From Eledone cirrhosa (lineage: Eukaryota): a DNA stretch of 64,000 nt. Under the pieces are notes generated by a model that was not told the DNA's origin, made no database searches, and worked only from the letters and a program-made list of their open reading frames with translations. Each line of letters opens with the position of its first letter. Within the stretch, counting starts at the first letter, position 1. This document shows, piece after piece, positions 55,965-64,000 of the stretch. The stretch lies in contig OZ024742.1 in NCBI GenBank assembly GCA_964016885.1, positions 203,980,001 to 204,044,000 on the forward strand, given 5' to 3'. A program made the translations under genes and the position numbers.

Positions 55965-56007
55965 ATCTGATGTTTCACCTGCACACTTACAGGATCATCA
56001 GACAAAT
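55965..56007 (-). ncRNA. Hammerhead-like motif in pLTR remnant (degenerate relative near 24676-24710 +)
   Basis: Minus strand CTGATGA-T-CCTGTA-AGTG-TGCAGG-T-GAAA-CATC; stems I and III weak. Confidence 0.5.
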
Positions 56008-56735
56008 AATCCTGTGAGTGCATATAATGTTTCCGTCATTTATGATGTTTGACTATGCCAGCTGAAGTGATTAAGATATTTGTTTTCCTCTTATAAGTCT
56101 AATAATGAAATGTGAAGGTGCTTGGCTTAATGGCCAGCGTATTCAGTTCACGATTGTAAGGTTGTGAATTTGATTCTCAGCGGTGCATTTGAGCGAGCCA
56201 CTTTATTTCACGTTGCTCCAGTTCACTGAGCTAGAAAACATTAGTTGCACTGTCTCGAGCAGTTTTAGTGAACTCTTAAGTTTTCTTTTGTTACCTCGTG
56301 TCTCTGCGTTTGTTGTTGTGTTGTTTAACACCAGACAATCCCGAATGACCATAACAATGATGAAAAGTTGAACAATACCTCGGCCTCGGGTTGGGGTCTA
56401 CATTTTGTGCTTATAAAATGAGGCGGCGAATTGGCAGAGCCGTTAGAACGTCGGATAGAAAGCTTAGTGGTATTCGTTTCGGCTCCTGGGCTCTGAGTTC
56501 AAATAGCGCCAAATCAACTTTGCTTTTTATATTTTCGAGGTCGATAAAGAAAAGTAACATTCCAATGGGGTTGATTCTTCGTCTATATCTCTTTCTTGCT
56601 CCCTTTCTCTCTCTTTTTCTGGAAGAAATCGGCTATGTTCAGACCTGGAGAGATAAGTCCCGTCATATTGTTTTTAAAGTCCAAAAGACGCCGTATGTCA
56701 CTATGACGCCCCTACAACTATAAGGAGTTATTGAT

Positions 56736-56772
<37 letters not shown>

Positions 56773-57154
56773 AGTATATTACTAAATGTATCATTTCTTT
56801 TAAAAACAGTATCTGTGTTTATGGTCCTCTCCCGTCCACCCTTTTCTCCACCATCTCCTCCCCTTCCCCCCTTATTTCTCCTCCCGCTACACTCTCTCCA
56901 TCTCTCTCCTCCGCGCTCTCTATCTTCCCCCTCTCGCTCATTCTGTTTCTCCCTCTCTCTCTATCTCTCCCATCTCTCCCCCATCTCCCTCGCTCCTCTC
57001 TCTATCTTTGATAATTCCAAGACAGCAATTTCAAATTTTAATTCATAATTTTAAGAGAAACATAGAAATGTGTGAGTTGATGATTTAAGATGAAAGGACG
57101 CCTGTGGTGGTGGTGGTGGTGGTGATGATGGTGGTGGTGGTGGTGGTGGTGATG

Positions 57155-57220
<66 letters not shown>

Positions 57221-57324
57221 ATAGTAGTAGTAGGGTGGGGTTGAAGATGATGATGATGATGATGGCGGTGATGGTGGTGATGGGTGGTGGTGGTGGTGGT
57301 AGTGGTAGTGGTAGTGGTGGTGTG

Positions 57325-57361
<37 letters not shown>

Positions 57362-57904
57362 GGTGGGGTTGAAGATGATTATGATGATGATGGTAGTGAT
57401 GATAATGAAAATGCAACACTGAATTAAACCCAACACAATGTCAAACTATATAAATAAACACAAATATTTTTGTCAGTATATTTTCCTGGTGAAATCAATA
57501 AATCTAAAAATATATCCTGAAAATCTGTCTAAACTGTAGAAAAACAAGTTGACTTTGAGTGAGACAGGAATGACACCTAAACCACCTGGTCATACAGTCA
57601 GCTAGAAATAGCAGTCAAATCCCTCTCAATTCACATCTTGAGGACTTGGAATGACTACGTTGGATAATGTTGTTATAGGCTCCTTGGAAAGACTGCGAAA
57701 TTGGTTTCGGATAGAATGCGTAACGGTATTCATTCCGGCTCTCTGTACTTTGAGTTCAAATTCCATTGACATTTAACTTTGCCTTTCATCGCTTCGACGA
57801 TGATAAATAAGGTACTAGTCCAGTGCTGAGGTCGATTCTTTCTTTATATCTCTTTCTCATTTCCTTTCTCTCGCTCTCGCTCTCTCGCTCTCTTTCTCTC
57901 TCTA

Positions 57905-58225
57905 TCTGTGAATGGGCCTTCACTCTACATCAGACTATAGGTGAGGAAGATGAAAGACCAAGGGAGCACCCCCTCTCTGTGCTCCCGAGGAAAAGGGTTG
58001 CACACTTTTTTTCGGGGGTGTGTGCGACCCCCCCCCCCCCCCCCCCCCCCCCCAAGGCGCCACCTCTCTATTGAGGACTTTGTTATAAATTTTATTTTTT
58101 GTTATATTTTATTTTATTTTTATATATTGTTATTGCCTCCTCCCTATTGAGGACGCCTTGTTTTGTAAACTCCCCCCATTGTACTTGTCCCACTTTTGAT
58201 GCCCTGGTGGCAAATAAAAGAAACA

Positions 58226-58258
<33 letters not shown>
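57905..58258 (+). mobile_element. 3' end of the L1/Tx1 family with AATAAA and (ATCT)n tail
   Basis: AGGGTTGCACACTTTTTTCGGGGGTGTGTG and TGTAAACTCCCCCCATTGTACTTGTC match the reverse complement of 51017-51190. Confidence 0.75.
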
Positions 58259-60089
58259 CTTTCTCTCTTTCTATTTCTCGTCCTCTTATACCTGAAATAA
58301 GTCCGCTGTGTTCAGACCTGGAGAGAGGATGGCCCTCACCAAGTTTAAATGCCCAATACATATCGAATCCATCAAGAGAAGTTCCCTGCATATACATAAA
58401 AAAATTCACATGATTCATTAAAGTTAGGATTAGGATTGTGGCTTAGGTTAGTGTCGGTTAGGGGTTATAGCTAGGGTCCGTTATAGTTAGAGTTTATTAT
58501 GATTAGGGAAACATTTAGTGTTAGAATTATGGTGCTCTTGTCGGCTCTGTGTGTGTTGGGGGTTGGGTATTTAATGGAGCTAGCGAAATAAATACAGCGA
58601 ATTGGTGGAGATATTTTCATTTTCTTTCAACACTAACTCTAGCCCTTACAAATACTAACCCTAGCTTTAACTCCGACCATAACCCTAACCCTAATTCTAA
58701 CTTTAACTCCGCTTATTGATAGCTTTAAAGAAGTTCGTTCTGTAACAAGAATTGGAGCTATGTCTCCGGTTTGAAGATATCTTCCTTCCCACCTTACCAC
58801 CAGCCACACCTGTGTTTCTATCCCCACCATCATAATTACTCCTAAAACCTTCCTTCTGTCTTTATCATTAGCTGTACCTGCATTTCTTCAATCAGCCTTA
58901 AAATTACTCTAAAATAGATTTCCAACTTAAATACAAGGTTTCAATTTTTTTTAGCAAAGTGAGGAGTGGAATCGATTTAAACGACTCTAGTGTTTGATTG
59001 GAATTTATCCTGAAGAGATATAAACCAAAGTTGACCCCAGCGGTATTTGAACTCAGAACAAATAATTATTTTTGTCCGACATTTTATTGATTCTGCCAAT
59101 CCAATGTCTTCATCTTATTATAATTACTCGACATTTAGATATATCTTCTTTCACCATTTTACTATCAAACCGTCTGAAACCAGCCTTGGTCATATAGTAC
59201 CAAAAAGTTTATTTTAAAACAAATTTAGCAGAAATATTTTTGTTGGTTTGTTTGATTGATGGTCAATGTGACTGTTAGTGGTTGCGTGGAATTGAATTGG
59301 AAAAAGCGATTTTCCCAGAGTATTGGCTTAGACCAACAAGGCAACAAAATTGCTAATTATGTATATTTATTTCTGCCATGGAATTCGACAAAATCGTATG
59401 ACAAATGATAACACAAGCGGAATATGCAAACTTCGAAATAACAAACATGTTTTCTTATAAAATATAGAGTTCACAGAAGAGAGTATTTTATTGGAATGGC
59501 CATGAATTTAGATGTGGTGGAATAGGTAAACAGGATATATTACAGCGACAGAATGAATGTGTGTATGAGAAAAATATCACCTTAATGTTTGAAAGATTTA
59601 CTAACATGGTGACATGGCTTGGCTGTAATAGTACTGACCATTACGGCCAGTTGCTATAGCCAGCATCTGTTGTGGATCTGAGAAAGAAGTTAGCGCTGAG
59701 TGTGTTGGTTTCTATACCCCTAGATATCATCAGAGTTACTTTCCTCTAAGTTGACGAATATGGTATGATATGAAAATACGCCGACACGCCACATTTTAAA
59801 CATAAATTTAACTCGAGGATGATTTCGCTACAAATTTATATTTATCTAAAAACTTTCCATCATAATTTTATGTAAGAACCTTAAAGGTACGAGTTTATTC
59901 GATTTTGTGTGAGCGTGTGTATCTGTGTGTGCGTGTGCGTGTGCGTGTGTACCTATGTATGCATATGTATGTGTGCATGTGTATGTGTGTGTGCGTGTGT
60001 ATGTATGTGTTTGTGTGCATGTGTATCTATGTGTGTGTGTATGTATGTGTGTGTACGACGGGATTCTGTAGTTTCCGTCGTCTATTGAT

Positions 60090-62525
60090 TGGTTTATGTT
60101 TTTTTGTTTATGGGTTACTTGATCGGTTGATGGAGGAGTTGATTGGTTGGTTGGCTGTTTGGTTAGATAGTTGGTTGACTGGTTTGGATGGTTGATCGGA
60201 TGGTAGATGAGTAGATTGGTTGGCTGGCTGGTTCGGTGGCTGGTTGATTGGTCGGTTGATTGGCTGGTTGGTTGGCTGGTTGATTGGTTGGGTGATTGAT
60301 TGGTTGGCTGGATGGTTGGTTGGGGGATTCGTTGGTTGGCTGGTTGGCTGGTTGGTTGGGTGATTGGTTGGCTGGCTGGCTGCTTGGTTGATTTGTTGGC
60401 TGTTTGATCGGCTGACTGGTTGACTACTAGGTTTATTTAATTGTTGGTTGGATAGTTGACTGGCTGGTTGGTTGACTAGTTGGCTGGTTGACTAGTTGGT
60501 TGGTTGATGGGTGGTCGGTTGGTGGGTTGGTTGGTTGGTTGGTTGGTCTATTTGTTGGTTGGTTGATTTGTTGACTAGTTGACTAATTGCTTGGTTGGTT
60601 CATTTCTTAGCTGGCCGATTGGTTGGCTGGCTGGTTGACTAGTTGGCTGGTTGGTTAGTTGGTTGGCTGGTTGCCTGGTTGGTTAGTACATGTTTTTGTT
60701 GGTTAGTTGGTTGGCTGGCTGACTGGCTGGCTGGTTGACTGGCTGGTAGATTGGTTGGTTGGTTGATTAATTGGTTGGTTGGTTGATGGATTGGTTGGTT
60801 AGCTTGTGTCTTTGTTCGATAGCTGGTTGTTTGCTTGTTGCTTTGATATTTGTTTAGTTGGCTGATGAGTTTGTAGGATTGTTTGATAGTTGATTGATTA
60901 GTGGTTTGTTGGTTGGCTGGCTGGTTGGTTAATTAGTTTGTTGTCTGATTAATGAGTTTGTAGGTTTGTTTGTTAGCTGGCTGATTAGTGGTTTGTTTGT
61001 TGATCGGTTGGTTGGTTGGTTGATTGGTTGGTTGGTTGGTTGGTTGGTTGGTTAAATAGTTTGTTGTCTGATTGGTGGGTTTGTAGGTTTGTTTGTTAGC
61101 TGGCTAGTTGGTTGGTTGAGTGGTTTGTTAATTGGTTGGCTCATTGAATAGTTTGTTAACTGATTGGTTGAATAGTTTCTTGTCTGATTGGTGGGTTTGT
61201 AGGTTTATTTGTTAGTTGTTTGATCGGTAGACAGGGGAGGTTGGTATATTTTGACAAGGTGCCCGGAGTAAATAATTGTTCAAATATAACGCCCAATCGA
61301 TATCAACTATTTATTCACTTCCTATATTTTCAAGTTTCCAGAAAATTGTGAATATATTAGTGTGTGTGTGTTTGTGTGTGTATGTGTGTGCATGTGTGTG
61401 CGTGTGTGTGCGTGTGTGTGCATGTGTGTTGGTGATAATGTGTATGTGTGTGTATGTGTAGATGAACATCTGTGGGCCAGTATATGTGTATGCCTGTGTA
61501 TGTGTGTGCATGATTGTGTGGATGTGTTGGTGATTATGTGTATGTGTGTGCCAGTGTATGTTTGTGCCCGTGAATGTGTGTGTGTGTTTATGTGTGTGCA
61601 TGTGTACGTGTGTGCCAGTTTATGTTTGTGGCTGTATATGTGTGTGCCCGTGTATGCGTGTATGTAAATGCCTGTATATATGTGTACCTAAGTATGTGTA
61701 TGGCTATGTATGTGTGTACCTATGTATGTGTACAGCTGTGTATGTATGTACTTATGTATGCGTATGGCTGTGTGTATGAACATCTGTGGGCCAGTATATA
61801 TGTGTGCCTGTGTATGTGTGCACATGTGTATGTATGTATGCGCGTGTTTTTATTTCCGTCCTGTACTTGTTCACTTGTATTTATATGTGTATTTGTATTT
61901 GTATCTATGTGAGTATGTGTATGTGTGTAAGTGTATCTGTGTGTATGTGTATGTGTGTGTGTATGTGTATGTGAGTATGTATATATGTGTGCGTGTATGT
62001 GTATGTGTGTGTATGTGTGTGTATGTGTGTGTATGTGTATGTGAGTATGTATATGTGTGTGTATGTATCTGTATGTGTATGTGTTGTTTCTATACCGTAC
62101 TGCGGCAAAAGCCACCGTATAGTTTTGCATAACTGGATAGCGACCAAATAGTAGATTGGCGATGGCGGTGGGGATAGTGGTGGCGTTGGTGGGGGGGGGG
62201 GTTATGTGGGGGGGATTATGGTGGGGATATGGTAGAGATAGTGGTGGGCATGGGGGTGGAGGTTATGGTGGGGATGGTGTTTGAGATGGGGTGGGGAGTT
62301 TGGTGGGGATGATGGTGAGGATGTTGGTGGAGGTTGTGGTGGGAGTTGTGGTGGAGGTGGTGGTGGAGGTGATGTGGGGTTGACGGTGGTGGTTTTGATG
62401 GTGATGGAGGTAGATGTGGTGGTGGTGGTGGTGGTGTTAAAGATGATGATGATGGTGATGATGACGATGGTTATGATGGTGGTGGTGAAGACCATGATAA
62501 GGAGATTAATGATGATGATGATATC

Positions 62526-62556
<31 letters not shown>

Positions 62557-62560
62557 GTGT
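60090..62560. repeat. Degenerate (TTGG)n, (TG)n and (GGT/GAT)n tracts
   Basis: Direct reading. Confidence 0.9.
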
Positions 62561-62793
62561 TAAGGTGGGTATTACGAGAATCATGTAAAATATGATTTTG
62601 AGGCGAGAATCTCATGATATATGGTATTGAGGTGAGAATTAGGTGATGCCTGGCGTTGATGCGAGAATCCCACAATATATGGTTTTGAACGAGAATCTCG
62701 TGATACAATGTTTTGGAGCGGGAATCACGTAATATATGTGACACGCAAGAGATTCAAAATGTTAATAATGTATGTCTTGCACAATAAACGGTA

Positions 62794-62862
<69 letters not shown>

Positions 62863-62968
62863 CAAAGAACAAAGAAAGTGTGGAAAAATTTGAACAGGGA
62901 CAAAACAGAGAGGCAGTACAACGAATGTTTATTAATTTCACGCTCTGGAGACTGGGGTGTTGGTGGGG

Positions 62969-63004
62969 GACGACGTTTCGGGCATAAGCCCTTCCTCAGG
63001 TGAG
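62969..63004 (-). ncRNA. Minimal hammerhead-like motif in probable pLTR ending at (TA)n near 62860
   Basis: Minus strand CTGAGGA-A-GGGC-TTAT-GCCC-GAAA-CGTC; stem I poor. Confidence 0.55.
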
Positions 63005-64000
63005 AAGTGTGTGGGAACAGAGTTCAAAGGGTGTGTAGGGGAGTGGTGGAGAGACATATAGCGAAAGGAAACGGTGCGAATGAAAAAATAAAAAATAAAG
63101 ATAAAAATAAAAATAAAGCATGATCAAAATAAACTGAAATTAAAAGGGGGTTAAACAGGTGGTGGAAGGGTGTGGGGTGTGTAGGGGTGGTGGCGGGTGG
63201 AGTGGGGAGAAGGAGACGGGGTGTCCGAGCGGGGAGGGCTGAAGGTGGTGTGTGTGTGTAGGTGTGCGTGTGTGTGTGTATGTGAAAGTAAGGGTTGGGG
63301 GAAGAACGGGGTTGCATGTTCAGGAAGAGGTGTGTGTGTGGGGGGGGGGGCGTCGGAGTGTCTGTGCGTGTGTGGATAGAGGGGTGGGGGGAGAGGAATC
63401 AGGAGGCTGAGGGTGTAAATATGTGGTGGAAAGCACGTGTGTGGGGGTTTAAGCGTGTTGTGGGTGTAGGTGGCGTGTGGAGAAAAACATTTTTTTGGGG
63501 TGTGTGGGTGAGTTATATAGGTGCTTACGTAAGAGGATGGTTGAAAAGTTGGTAAATTCCGAAGATGTTTAGTGGATTGGTTGTTGGTCAATTTCTGCGT
63601 GTGGGTATTCCATGAAGCGATGGTCGGAAGAGGAGAGATGTGGGGTGCGGGCGCAACAGGAAGTGGTCAGCAGTGGGAGTGCTGTGGTCTGTTTGTGCTG
63701 GGAGGTGGTCAGAGGGCATAGCAGCAGTAGGTGGAATGATAAAGGGGCGAGGATGGGTAGGTGTGAAAGTTGGAGTGAGGAGGGTGTGTGTGTGTGTATT
63801 AGTTAGTGTGGAGTGAGTGTGGAGCGAGGGTGTGGGTGGAGCGGGGAGAGAAGGGTGTGTGTGGTTCTATGGAGGGAGTGTGGTGTACTGGTGTGTGTGT
63901 AGTTTGATGAAGAGGTGTTAGTGGGTGTTAGTATACGGGAGGTGGGGGGGGGGGTTGAATTCAGGTGTGAGTGGGGGTTAGTGGTGGTAGGGTGTGTAGA

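Noticed and set aside
58420-58710. TTAGGG/CCCTAA-like tracts as an interstitial telomere fusion
   Set aside because: Highly degenerate and short; more like subterminal repeats of an old element.
59700-59745. Minus-strand CTGATGA..GAAA
   Set aside because: Only a 3 bp stem II and no stems I or III; may be chance.

Overview
AT-rich, microsatellite-dense eukaryotic DNA. It is most likely a coleoid cephalopod such as Octopus; this is inferred from the SINE families and repeat landscape. Most ORFs in the supplied track are microsatellite artefacts. The only convincing host coding sequence is the terminal exon (M3, loop, M4) of a nicotinic acetylcholine receptor-like subunit on the minus strand (23585-24144), plus two weak candidate exons. 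The rest is transposon-derived: Penelope-like elements (PLEs, RT plus GIY-YIG) including a 5.9 kb tail-out inverted dimer, two L1/Tx1-type LINE copies, RTE and R4-type fragments, tRNA-derived SINEs, a hAT MITE, a solo LTR and minisatellites. The most striking signal is a hidden RNA layer of about 20 type I hammerhead ribozyme (HHR) motifs. These include two non-coding tandem-repeat families (about 593 bp and 521 bp monomers, one HHR per monomer) that look like large retrozymes. Both have palindromic stem III and long structured stem II insertions, and one has a fixed compensatory U3-A8 core. Nearly all PLE/HHR insertions sit in (TA)n tracts, and many are tail-out inverted structures. All coordinates and pairings were read by eye; no folding or database search was run.
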